DNA of 64,000 bases from Paecilomyces variotii (Eukaryota): the NCBI GenBank assembly GCA_004022145.1, contig RCNU01000006.1. One strand, given 5' to 3'. Of the stretch, positions 11,116-23,057 are shown one piece after another. Position 1 is the stretch's first letter; each line of letters opens with the position of its first letter. Under the pieces are notes generated by a model. It was given only the letters and a program-made list of their open reading frames with translations. It did no database searches and was not told the DNA's origin. Both the position numbers and the translations under genes were made by a program.

Positions 11116-12951
11116 TCAAGACGTGACTAGCACCCGGACACCCTTGCTTTCTTTCTTGGGGAACGGAAGGAATAACTCATGTGCAAGCGTGACATCTTCT
11201 CGCGTCGTCTCGAATAGCTTGAAGTTAATGTTGCGGAAGACCTTAGCCATGACGATAAGCATTTCAGCTCGTGCGAGACTATAATCACATGTTAGTAGGT
11301 GCTCCAGGTGGTGTCTGTATGAGAAGGCATTACTTCATTCCAATGCACTGTCGCGATCCTTTAGTGAAGGCGACTAGATACTTTTCGAGGTGCTTGCGCT
11401 GTTCAGGATCCAACCACCGCTCAGGGACGAAGCTGTATGAGTCAGGGAAGATTTTCTCGTTATGGTGCATGAAGACACTGGTCATTCCCACTGGGGTCTG
11501 GAGTCTTGTTAATCCATATACAAAGTATCTTCCTATCGAAGGAAACTTACTCCAGCTGGAATCGACCATTCTTTATACTGAAGAGTACGGTCGGGGGCAA
11601 TTCTTGCTAAGCGTGTGGAAACTCCATATGAGAGTCTAGAAGAGCAGGTTAGCATGGGATGGTAGCTGCGTGCAAAAACTACATATACATACCTGAGTCC
11701 TTCAAGCATAACCGACGTCTGATACAAATTACAATTAGCTTAGGAATGGTCTCAGTCGATCACAGAGGCTAGAAACTCACCAGATAGGGCATCTTTTCAA
11801 GGTCCACCAGCGAAGCGGTGTGCTCAGGGTCAAGACGATCTAACTCTTCTCTCAATTTCTGCAACTTTTCCGGATTCTCAAGCAGATAGTATGTGGTCCA
11901 ACTCAGCATTTTAGCGACCGTTTCGCCGCCAGCACCTATCACGACTTGGATTTCTTGCGCTAGACGTTCAGCACTTTTCTCCTCTGGGGGTAAGTTGCTC
12001 TCGAGGACGTCGTGGAAGAAAGTAGGGTGCGCATATTTCTTTTTCTCCTCTTCGTCCCCCTGGGATGCAATAATAGAATCGATGAGCACTCCGCAGCGAC
12101 GCTGGAACTTGAACATCAGCCCCATTCCTGGATCGAGTCGAGCGACTATATCTTCGGGGAAGGCTTTCAGCAAAGATAGCAGCCATGGAAAAGGCTTGAA
12201 GAATGCACTGCTCTTCGCGATTCCACTCAGAGTTTCACTCCACTGTGGAACGAAATCAGGGGCATCCAGATAATGAAAGCCAGCTCCCATTGTATAGTCG
12301 GATATGACGTCGGTCGCCAGACAGCTATAAGCGTGCTGGGCATTGATGGCGACGCCTGTATTCTCATACTCTTTCAAGCGATCGCAGAGTTTATCCGCTA
12401 GGGCCTGGATTTCCGGTTCCAACTGACGGACCCGCGACATTGAGAAATACGGGTTCATATTCGACCTCAATAGACGATGATGCGAATGGTCTAGGATAGC
12501 GATTGCCGCCTTCGGATTGCCGAACATGTTCGCATAGAACTTATACTTGTTGCGGGGGCTGTCGCGTGAATAGAGGACTTCATAGAAGTCCGGATCGTCT
12601 ACATGGAGCTCCCAGGGACTGATACGCACAATCGGTCCTATCATACGATTCCATCGTCAGTATTCGAATTCATGAAACTTTCTCTTCTCGGCAGTGATTG
12701 TTGCACGGACCATATTTTTTGTGCATCCGGGCAATTTCGAATGTATACTTTCCATGCAGGATAGCATCGTAATAGAACTCATACCATGCCGTCATGGCAG
12801 CCAGTTTTGGCCCCGGAAACTTCGCTAATGGCGAGAACCATAGTCGATAGACAGCCAGCCCGACGGCATACAGTGTGTATGCAATGACTGCTGTCCAGAT
12901 AGGATGCGAGAGCAGTGGCTGAAACGCCTCCATGGTGTCCGGGACGGACAT
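11116..12951 (-). CDS. Cytochrome P450 (trichodiene-oxygenase/CYP58-like group), 6 exons
   Basis: N-terminal TM helix followed by [17 protein letters not shown]-helix AGGET, EGLR (ExxR), PERW, heme motif [10 protein letters not shown]. Exons 12951-12711, 12637-11781, 11718-11693, 11635-11551, 11497-11334, 11278-11116. Start could be ATG 12933. Confidence 0.93.
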
Positions 12952-13573
12952 CGAATCTCGGTAGATCAGTATATCACACGGATGACAACCATCAATTGAC
13001 GGTTGAGGAATGTTATGCACGGAAAAGCGAGGATATGAATGGCAAAGCAGTGGGTTCTTGTCGGGATCTATCACATCAAACTAAATACTTTCTAGGTTAG
13101 ATAGGCACGGCCCGTGGCGCTTCTAGTAGAGCACTATAAGCCAACTGCAGTAAGTATAAGGCCCAATCCTACTCACAAGCCCGGGAACATAGCCCGAGAA
13201 GCCGGACAAGGAGGTGCTTCGATCGAAGGAACACCATGCTGTGCACTATCGATTGGTTATCTTTCAATTATGGTTTGCTGGTTTCGGGGAGATGTTGCCG
13301 CGGGTGGGCGTAGTTTAGATCATGAAAAGGGTCCCCGACAGTCAATCAGCCGTTAGGATGTCCAGATTTCTCGTGGGGAACACGAGGTTACCGCGCCGTT
13401 CAAACCCCCCATACGGAATGGTATCCATGGTGGCTGAAGCTAATTATTATCTGTTATGATTCGACAGCGGACCCTACATAAGCGCACAGATATCCTCCTC
13501 CTCGTGGCGGCTGAACTGAAGGATCTTGGGTTGACTGTCAGTTAACGACCGTCGGCTTTACCGGCCAACAAAG

Positions 13574-15253
13574 ATGTCCCAAACGCAGGATATTGATGCT
13601 GAAAGAGCTGCAAGCTTCCACCCACAGAATCCCATTGTTCCCGAAGTGAGTGTCAGTTTCAGACCCACCGCGTCGTGACGTTATATACTAAGGAGTGATG
13701 CAGGACGAGTCGGCACTTTATGATGACTCCGAAGACTTCATATCGTAAGCCATAGCCGGGTTCTACAGACGGATGAATTAGAGCTAATGGTATTCGATTT
13801 ATCAGTGACGGAGGAAGCACCACGGATTCATTGACCTCGAGCGTGTTCAGTTACCAGTAAGTGTCAATCTAAACCTCCTTCACTTCCACTGCCGCAGCGT
13901 TGAAAGGGGTCAGATCTTTTGACACTAGAGTGTTGACAATGACTATAGATACGAGGTCAGTAGGCAATGATAATATAGTACCAGAGTTGACGAATTGACA
14001 CGCAATGGTTTCAGAATGGACGTCGATACCACGCATACAGGCAAGGAGAATACGTGATTGTATGTCACCATTAGCATCAGCATCTCGATGTTCCTGAGCA
14101 TCAAATACTAATTCTAAACTCAATACAGCCAAATGACGAAAAGGAACAAGAGCGTCTCAACCTGGTATGTGGACTTGTCCCGAGGAAGACACCAACGTAG
14201 CTTTCTAAACGCCAGAAAGCATCATCACATCTTCAGCATGGTTCTTGGCGGCGCGTTGTACCGCGCCCCTATACCCAAACACGTGGGCAATATTCTAGAT
14301 CTAGGGACCGGGACAGGAGCTTGGGCGATAGATATAGCAGAGTATGAGTGCCACTTCTGAAAAACTGCGAAACGCAACAACTAACGCTGAAATAAAGTGA
14401 ACATCCCCAAGCCGTCGTTACTGGTATGGCACTATCCACTTACCCTCTCGACACCCTTACGAGTTGCGATCTGAAACTTTATAAAACCAGGAACCGATCT
14501 GAGTCCCATCCAACCTTCGTGGTATGTAATACCAAAATAAAGAAACAACCGGAAACCGCCGTTCAAACTATCTTGTCACAGGGTCCCACCAAACTGCCGC
14601 TTCATAATCGACGATTTCGAACTCGAGTGGAACTTCTCGCAACCGTTCGATTTCATTCACGCGCGGAGCATCGAAGGGTCAGTGAAAGATTATCAGAGAC
14701 TTTTCCGCCAAGCATACGAGAATCTGAAACCGGGTGGATGGTTCGAAGTTGCGGACGCCACAGTGGGAGTTTTCTGCGATGACGAGAGTATTGAACGAGC
14801 GCCAAACTTGCTCGAATGGCGCGATCGACTCATCGAAGCGAGTGGGAAGTTCGGGAAACAAATGGGCGTGTCGCCCAGATATAAGCATTGGATGATCAAT
14901 GCTGGGTTCACTGAGGTTACGGAGGAAGTTTATAAGGTGAGTTTCTATCTACCCATAATCATTCCACTCTCCGCTCTGGCAACAATAACTCATATAACCC
15001 TCCCCCCTCCGTGCATCAGGTCCCATACTCCCCCTGGCCAAAGGATCCCAAATTGAAAGAACTCGGCCGATATCAGCAAGTCCTGATGCTAGAAGCTCTC
15101 GAAGCTTATTCGTTTGCCCTGTTCACAAGAGTGCTGGGCTGGACGAGTGCCCAGATACAGCTTTTGCTGGTCGGGGTGAGAAGAGAGCTATTGGATCGTC
15201 GATTTCACGGATATTCAAAACTCTATTTCGTGTATGGGAAGAAGCCGGAATGA
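13574..15253 (+). CDS. LaeA-like class I SAM-dependent methyltransferase, ~11 exons
   Basis: Spliced product gives SVFSYQYENGRRYHAYRQGEYVIPNDEKEQERLNL, ILDLGTGTGAWAID (SAM motif I), GTDLSPIQP, VPPNCRFIIDD, FDFIHAR, NLKPGGWFE, WPKDPKLKELG, VYGKKP. About ten GT-AG introns read by eye. Confidence 0.9.
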
Positions 15254-15277
15254 CTACCGATTGACTGATACCCGATG

Positions 15278-15280
<3 letters not shown>

Positions 15281-15314
<34 letters not shown>
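15281..15314. repeat. (AT)n microsatellite
   Basis: Run of ~17 AT units just downstream of the methyltransferase stop codon. Confidence 0.95.
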
Positions 15315-15320
<6 letters not shown>

Positions 15321-16393
15321 CTTCGCCATATTTATGATTGCATGTGGGGTTGGAACAGGGGTTTTATTAAACGAGGGGAAATATACAAAATCTAGAGCAT
15401 AGAAAAGGAAAATCGTAATACTGAATACAAGATCTGATTTAGCAGTAACTCTATTTGATATGAAGTTATAAGCATAACGATGATTCTATAACTCCCAAAC
15501 ATGAACGGAAATTGATCACAAATAAGCATGTTCTGTCGTGCTTAGTTCATTATAAATCCAACTAGTCGAGTCCAAATCGACATCCTGACGAGATATAATG
15601 CATCGGTTTATGCACGCTAAGTGGCATACCTAGATAAGTCTGACTCTGTACGAACTGCAGAAGTGGGGCTTAGTATGGGTTAGAAGCGACTTGACTTATT
15701 ATGAGAGCTTGATTCCTGTTGATAGATCTTCGTGGTCTTGATACATGCCAACGATATACGAAAGATGAGTTGCTCAACAAGATATTACGCAGTATCGAAA
15801 CTAGACGTATATATATGTATGTATATCCAGTGTTTTTGAGCGGTTGGCGTATTCAGGAACTGGCTGCTGTGGTCGTGAAGAGTAGGTAAAGGAGAGGCCG
15901 ACGGTCATGAGTCTGCTTCCTCAGTTCAGAGCGAGTGAGATGATACTAACCTTAGAGCTGCCTGCTAGCCTCACGATTCGTGACGATGAACTGCAATCGA
16001 TGGGTACGATGCGACTGACTCAAGGCTTATAGGAACAATTTATCCCCTATTGTAAGTCACGATCTGATACAAAAAAAGAAAGTCAAAGTATGGATATGTT
16101 CGCAATGCATTAGTTCTCATAATATATTACATGGTTCAGAATATGCCCTTCTCCCAATTAGATATGAAAAGTAACCGGACATCTATATACAACATCTAGG
16201 TGAAGAAGGAAACATTTTTCCCAACCGGTTTGTATCGTAAAACTCAAAGTCAAAAGGATGATAGTAGAGAACCAGCAGCAAACTCCACATGCTCCAGGCT
16301 TTTCATGCCCTGCAGGGACTGCCTGTCACCAATGACTCGCTAAAACATAAAATGGGAAAAAAGATAGGGAGGAGGCTCTGAAAGAGTCCGAGT

Positions 16394-18816
16394 CTAGCAC
16401 CAGGTGAAAACCGGGTTCTTGCTCTTCACGGCTTCCAGACGCTCAACAATCACTTTGCGCTGGTTACCTTCCATCCCTTCAGCGGCTGCATATCCGAGGT
16501 CGCCCTCGAGATCATCTCCGTTGAACGTGTAGCCGTTGCTGCTACGTTGTGAAAAAGAGCCCTGTTTCACGTGGCCATGAGAGGTTCGTCGCTTATGGCC
16601 TGGATCGGCATGGCCGTTGGTAGGCGCTCCCCAGCTCCGGGCCAGGTTTCGTTCACCAACCGTACGGTCAAAACTGTCGTATCCGGCTTCGCTCGAAGGA
16701 CTCATATAACCCTCGTCGATTCGTCGGAGGTCACCGGATTGTCGGTTGCGAGAGAGTTCGAATCGGTTGGGATTTGGGAGCTCGCTAGACGGAGACCCGA
16801 GACCCAACAGATCCTGATTCGAACCTGGAGGGGGTGACATCGCAGCACTGATGTCCATCTCTTCTTCTTCTTCATCTTGATAATTTCTTGCTTTGCGCAT
16901 CTGCATATCTGTCGACGGGCCGCGAAGGGGGATAGCCACGGGGACATCCACCAAGTCGTCCCAGACACAGACTCTCGTTCTCCGCGTGAGCTCCAGAGGT
17001 CCATGGTCAGGCTGTTTGAGTGTCTCCACCACATTCCATGCTTGACCCTTCATCACTGCAATCTGTCGCGCAAACATGCTCTCTTTGAAGTCATCGTCCT
17101 GCGCAAATACGCGCCGCAGCGCCGTCTGTGTGCCGCTCCACCACGCCGTCGATGTAAGAAGTGGGAGGAAATGATCTCTCGTCTTCTGAGAGAATGGTTG
17201 ACCGATAAGGGAAACCGGAAGGAACAGCCAACCGAAGGGGAAACTTCGCCACTGCCAGAGAATTCTTGTTAGCTGCAGTCATAATAAGTTTTGACAGAAA
17301 GTGGTTTACTTACAGCATCAGGGTGTTTCCACGGCCACGACAGGCTGTTGTCAATAGCCCCAACCTTAATCGTAGCCGTAGCTTGCTGGGCCCGTGTGCT
17401 CAACGGTGTCCCTGTCCTGCTTATGGCTTGCATACCTTCCTGTCGTCGATAGGGATAAGGAGATGTGGGAGTTAGCTCCGAGTTGGTGGGAACGAGTCGA
17501 GCGGGCGGCGTCTGGTCATCGTCCTCATCGTCATTCGTGGCGCCATTGGTCTTGGGAGGCTCTGCAACGATGGAGACTTCTTCATTTTTCCAGTCGACCT
17601 TGATCATCCAGTTATCCAGACCTCGATCAGTGTTTCGCATGATGTAGTCCAAGATCACCAATTTCTCAAGCTCTTCTCGGAAAGCCTGCTTCAAAGTCTC
17701 AGTCCAGTGGAACTTTCGCTGAGGAATCTCATCGCGAGGAGATGAAGCGGCTGAAGGCCCGCTCTCCTCGTCGTCTTCGTCGTCGGACTGTATCCCAGAA
17801 GGTCGACAAGCCTCGTTCCACGGGCGTTTCTTCCTCTTTGGCGCATCCTCGGCGCGGAAGCCTGAATTCACCTGGTCAGGCCAGGGATGTTCGCGTAGGA
17901 AGACGTTTGCATCTTTGAAACCTTTCAAAAAGACCTGGAAACTCCCGACTTTGGCAGGAAGCGATTTCTTGCCTCTCCAGGCCTTTCTTCGGTCCCAGAA
18001 ATCATAGTAGAATGATTTGGAGGAGAGCCACACAATATCGGTGTAAGGAACGAGGTTTGTGCGTAAACGAGCGTCGAGAACGTATGCGGCCGCCTCTGAA
18101 ACGTAGGACAGATTGGGAATCAAACAAGCGCGACCAAAGAAGCAAGGAAACAGGTTCCGATGTATCCATTTGGTCCACTTTGGATTGCGCGATGCGTAGG
18201 GCTCCTCATCCTTGGGCTTGAAGACGCCCACGACCTTGCCTTCGCTGTTGCGTGCAAAATAACTGCCTGAACTGCCCTGAGAGATCATCTTCGGATGCAC
18301 GCCCAGTTCGATGGCGTTGCGGACACTCTCCACAACCGTCTCGAACTCCTGACGAGCCCTCCGCTGTTCACGCTCGAAGTCATCCGACTCCAGCTGTTCT
18401 GCCGTGACGGGTCTCACCCCTTCCGGTGCCTGGAAGACGGAGTGGTGGATCTCAAGCTTCTCCTCATCCGACGTCTTGCCCCGAACCTTGTGGATTTTGA
18501 ACTTGGACGCAATCTCCTCCGCCCATCTTTCGAGGCGCGCATTGATCGCTTTGATGTCGACTCCTGAATTGCTGCGTACTCGACGCTGGTGGTAGCCTGC
18601 GTGTTGGCGGCGATATTCGGGGGGCGACGAGGGGCCCGATGCGTGCATCTGGGCACGGGACGAAACAGGAGCATATCGTGGAGCAGAACTGGATATTGGT
18701 GCCGGTACGTCGTAAAGGTCATCTTCATCGAAGTCATCATCGAAATCATGGCCTCGCTCTTCCTCCGCCTGAGCAAGACGGGCGTAGCCCGAGGTGGCCG
18801 GGCGCTGTTTAGACAT
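16394..18816 (-). CDS. LSB6: Phosphatidylinositol 4-kinase type II (Lsb6-like)
   Basis: ISQGSSGSYF, VFKPKDEEPY, GRACLIPNLSYVSEAAA, LDYIMRNTDRGLDNWMI, AIDNSLSWPWKHPD|AWRSFPFGW, MKGQAWN, PVFTWC. Intron 17252-17313. Confidence 0.93.
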
Positions 18817-20070
18817 AATGGTTACGGAAGAGGAAAAGGCAAGGCCGTCCCATCGAAAAGGGAGAAGGGGGCAAAATTAAAATAGAAGATAGATGGGAAT
18901 AGAACAGATAGTTAGTCAGTTAGTAGTAGCGAAGGACTCGACGTTCACGGCATTGCGGAGTAGTGGAAATTAGGAAGAGGAAAAGGCTAAGAGCCGGCAG
19001 GACAACACAATAATAATATTAGTGTCCTTTGCCCCTTGGGAGATGAAATCTGGAGACTCTTCGGGGCGTTGAAGCTTGTCTGGGACTCTGCACCAGCCAC
19101 ACCCAGGAGAATCTCACTTGGCCACCACACTCACAGCGAAAAGGACATCTATGGGAATTACTTGATGCTCAAGCCACAAGGATCTTTGAGCACCGTTTGG
19201 TTCAGCTTCTTCCGTCCTACAGAGACAGCCATGATGATTGCTTCTCCACCCGCGGAATCCACCTGAAAAGCTGCTAGCAATGGATCTTACCCCTTATTTC
19301 TTAACCTGTGCTTCCAGAATGCCCCTTAGTCTAGGCTGATGCCTCTCGTCGAATGGCTTTGGGTTCGAAAGACTGAGTTATTCATCTATCTGGCTCTCGA
19401 TCTCCCTAGCAGATAGACTACGCTCTCATGCTTTCAAGTTTCATCTCAACAATGAGCTTATCCTCAGGGTCCTCCAGAGCGGCAAGACGAAACACGATGT
19501 CTGTTTCATTCTGGACACGCGTGTCCAAAAAGTCCCACCAAGCAGCGGGACAACATCTTTAGTCCCCGTGCGGCCACGTCCAAGGGATGAGCGTTGCTGG
19601 CCTGAGAGGTCGCTATCGGCACCGATAAGCGGAGGCTGACATGATAACCAGAGAGGGAAAAAAAATTATACATATATCATAACTATCGTGAGGACAAAGA
19701 TGGGAGAAACCCTACTCTCGTCTCTGTGCCAATAATGGAGTCTCTGGCCGCTCCATGCAACAGAACAGGTCAGACTGTACGACGAGATCCAAGAGGAATT
19801 CTGGCTGGACGGCAGCAGCATACCGCCAAGTAGGCTGGTTAGGATCAGATTTTGACACGTTATCAACGTCCATGCTGTGGCACGATGTTGGCTGGTTGTG
19901 CCTTGGAAGTTGGAGCTGTTATGCATCGACTGATATGGCCCGGCACGCAGCTTGTTAACCGCGAGGACTACATATCCTAACGTGTACATACTGCTATTTC
20001 TAGTAGTATACGTACTCCGTTATTAGTTACTATTATGACTAGCTACATAGTACACGCCTTGTTGTTGTAC

Positions 20071-20619
20071 TGATAAGACGCCAATCTGACGATTGTCATT
20101 ATTGGCCGTCTCCTGGAGAGCCACTACTGCGTGTGGCTCGGCTTATCCGGCTCCAGGAGATGAATTTTTAGAAATGATCCTCTATCAGGAAGCATGTTCA
20201 ATAAAGGGGCACGCAGGGATGTAATGATAACTGCCCCGGATTCTCCTACTAGCCGCGTCCTGGTAAAGCGTGCCGGGCAGAAATCTCCAGCATGCACAGC
20301 ATTGCGGTCCCCGAACGACGCGATAACCAGTCATTTGTAGCGAAGGCGAACCGGCCAAGCAGCCGATTATCAATAACAGCCTAGAGCAGACGTTGCGCCC
20401 CCGGCCATGGCGTATCGTGGCGGTCGAGTGATCGAATCTGATGGTTCTCAGCGGGCTGGAAGTTCCTGAACTCTCCGCCGACGATCGCGCCCACTGTCGA
20501 ATCGATACCGATAGTCAGTCACCGTCATCCACCGTCGCGCTGCTTCTTCTCCTGTCTTGCTTTCTGAGGCTTCTGCTTTTTTTTTTTTTTTTTAGTTCCC
20601 AACTCCAACCTGGTGATAA
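20071..20619. promoter_or_regulatory. Cluster of HGATAR (GATA-factor) sites upstream of areB
   Basis: HGATAR on either strand at 20071, 20182, 20225, 20321, 20367, 20509, 20614. Confidence 0.5.
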
Positions 20620-21016
20620 ACAACTCTCCCAACTTCCCTGCTCCCGACGTGTATCTGTGCAAGATTTCCCTGTGCAGTTTCCAACAGCAGTCGCTCCTTG
20701 TTCTCTCTGGCTTTCTCTCTCAATTTTCTCCCCAATTGAGACCACCTTCCTTTGGACGGACCACCATCCGATCTGCGTGACAGTGTACGATAATATACTG
20801 TATTCTTATCCCTGTAGTACCAAGGGATCTAATCTTTAATCCATCTTCCGGCGCTGACCAGGCCCGTCTCCCGCCCAATACGCAATCTTGGATCTTACGA
20901 CGGCTAGGTTGCTACGAGTCTCGAAGCAGGTTCATTCTTCCTCCACTCCCACCTCTCTAGTCGACCATCGAGACCTCCGAGGCCTCGATATAATCACCTT
21001 CACCACGGCTTCTACA

Positions 21017-23057
21017 GTGGCTCCTCTTATTTTCCGGGCGTCGCCCATCGACCCGACCTTGCATCCGCCGTCGTCGTCGCCCGCCCAATCTCGCGATCTG
21101 TCTGCGTACAGCACCAAGCCCGCATCGATTGACGAACGTTCGTCGCCTCGTGCCTCGACCGCGGCAGCTGCTGGAATCTCGCGCCCTTCTTCTACCTCTC
21201 CGTCGTCGAACGCGTTACAACCAGGTGAGGACAACAGCAGCAGCTTTGGCAGTGGCAGTGGGAGTGACCTCAATACTCCGTATCATCTGTCCATCTCTCC
21301 ATCGCTTCCGGGGCTGTCAGCACTGGCATCCGTTGCCTCTGCTCCGACTTCCCAGCTACGGTACGTATCAGGCTCCATTTTTGGTCCTTTTCCCCCGGAA
21401 ATAGACGTCAATATACGCATCAGTCTTATAGCGCGCCCTAGAGCCCTCTCCCGGGCTCTCGTGCGTCTAGAAGGGTGACCAAAGAGTTAGATGAAAAAAC
21501 AAGAAAAGAAAAGAAAAGAAACAGACTCGAGAGAGCGTGATGATTATCGATCTACTACTCTAGCGTGTGCAAGATCGGACGAGCTGACCTGATCTACGTG
21601 TACCTCCAGAGCCTCGAGCCATGTCAACGCGAACCTGAGCAGCAGCAGCAACATGACCTACGCAACCTCGTCGCCTGCAGCAACAACGGGCGGACAGGGC
21701 AACACTCCGGTAAGATCTCTTTCTTTCTTTCTGTCTGTCTGTCTGTCTTATCTGTTCCCCTGGGCTCTCTGCGACGCTGTGTTGGGCTCTCGTTATCAGC
21801 CGGGGGTCCTGGCGTCGACGCGGTCTTGGCGCCGGCTGCCCCCCTTCGCACCCGCGAACGGCGTGCACCACCCGCTTTTCGTTTCCTTATCGCGCCAGAC
21901 CATCAAATCTCTCCAGATCTTATCAACACCGCACATCCACCGGTTGCCCTACTATCAGTCCCCCTGCACCTCTCCCTTCTCGACGCCCACCCTCTTCTCA
22001 TCCTCTTCTCTGTTTTCCACGACATGGCGACCACATTGACTGACCAGAAGCGACCGCAATTACAGCCCGTCTGCCAGAATTGCGGCACATCGACCACGCC
22101 TCTCTGGCGTCGGGACGAACTCGGTTCGGTTCTGTGCAATGCCTGTGGTCTCTTTCTCAAACTCCATGGAAGGCCCCGTCCGATAAGCCTGAAGACCGAT
22201 GTGATCAAGAGTCGCAACCGAGTCAAGACGGCCGGTCAGGGACCCAAGCGCAAGGTGAGTTGCGGCCCGAAAAGAGTTTTTTTCCTGCCTCCATTTTCCG
22301 ACCCTACCGTCGCACACATGCTGATATCGCGTTGCATGTCCAGTCTGCTGGAGGTCTCGATGCGAACGGCCTGAATGCTTCAAGATCGGAGGCTGGCACG
22401 CCTCCCTTGGGGTCGCATGGCTACCGTCGCGCCTCGCGAAAGACGTCACCCGGCCCTTCGGATCGTTCCAATTCTCCCGTGTCACGGACCAACACACCTG
22501 GGATCCCTTCCCTGCAACATCATAACTCCAACATTGCTCCGCAACACATGTTCGATAGTGTTACTCTGGGAGAAAATGGGTTCCACCAATCGAACACCCT
22601 GCCGGCCCTGCAGCTGAGGCAGCCGTCTCCAGGCTCAACCTCTTCTGTCGTCGACCGCCATATGGAAGCACCACAGACGTATGAGAGTCTCCTTGCTGCC
22701 AACACGTCGCTAAAGACGCGCGTGAGCGAGTTGGAGGTCATCAACGAGCTCTTCCGTGGTCGCGTCGCGGAACTCGAACAGAGTGATGCGACGGCGCGGC
22801 GGTCAGAGATGATCGTGCGCGACTCTGAAGTGCGCCTCCGACAATCGTTGGAAGATGCGCAGCGACGGGAAGATGACCTCAAGCGCCGTATAAGCGAACT
22901 GGAACACCAGTTGCATGAGCGTGCCAGTTTCATGGCCGCTCCAAACAGTTACAGCACTAGCAATGGCTCTGGTGAGCCGATGACCAAGAAGATCAGACTG
23001 TCAGATGTAGTGGACTACCCTTCTGCTTCCCCAACCAGGTCTCCGAAGACTGTGTAG
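21017..23057 (+). CDS. areB: GATA transcription factor AreB (Dal80/Gzf3/Asd4-like) with C-terminal leucine zipper; multiple isoforms
   Basis: [50 protein letters not shown] zinc finger; coiled coil [23 protein letters not shown]. Exons 21017-21360, 21610-21709, 22066-22254, 22344-23057. Candidate starts GTG 21017, ATG 21653, ATG 22024. Confidence 0.9.

Noticed and set aside
12952-13074. Longer P450 N-terminus from the ORF track
   Set aside because: Non-ATG start upstream of the membrane anchor; ATG 12951 or 12933 fits P450 architecture.
15123-15329. ORF with IYIYIY repeat
   Set aside because: Translation of the (AT)n microsatellite.
21710-22023. N-terminal part of ORF 21565..22374 as AreB coding sequence
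   Set aside because: Lies within a GT-AG intron with (CTGT)/(CTTT) repeats; the spliced model is more coherent.
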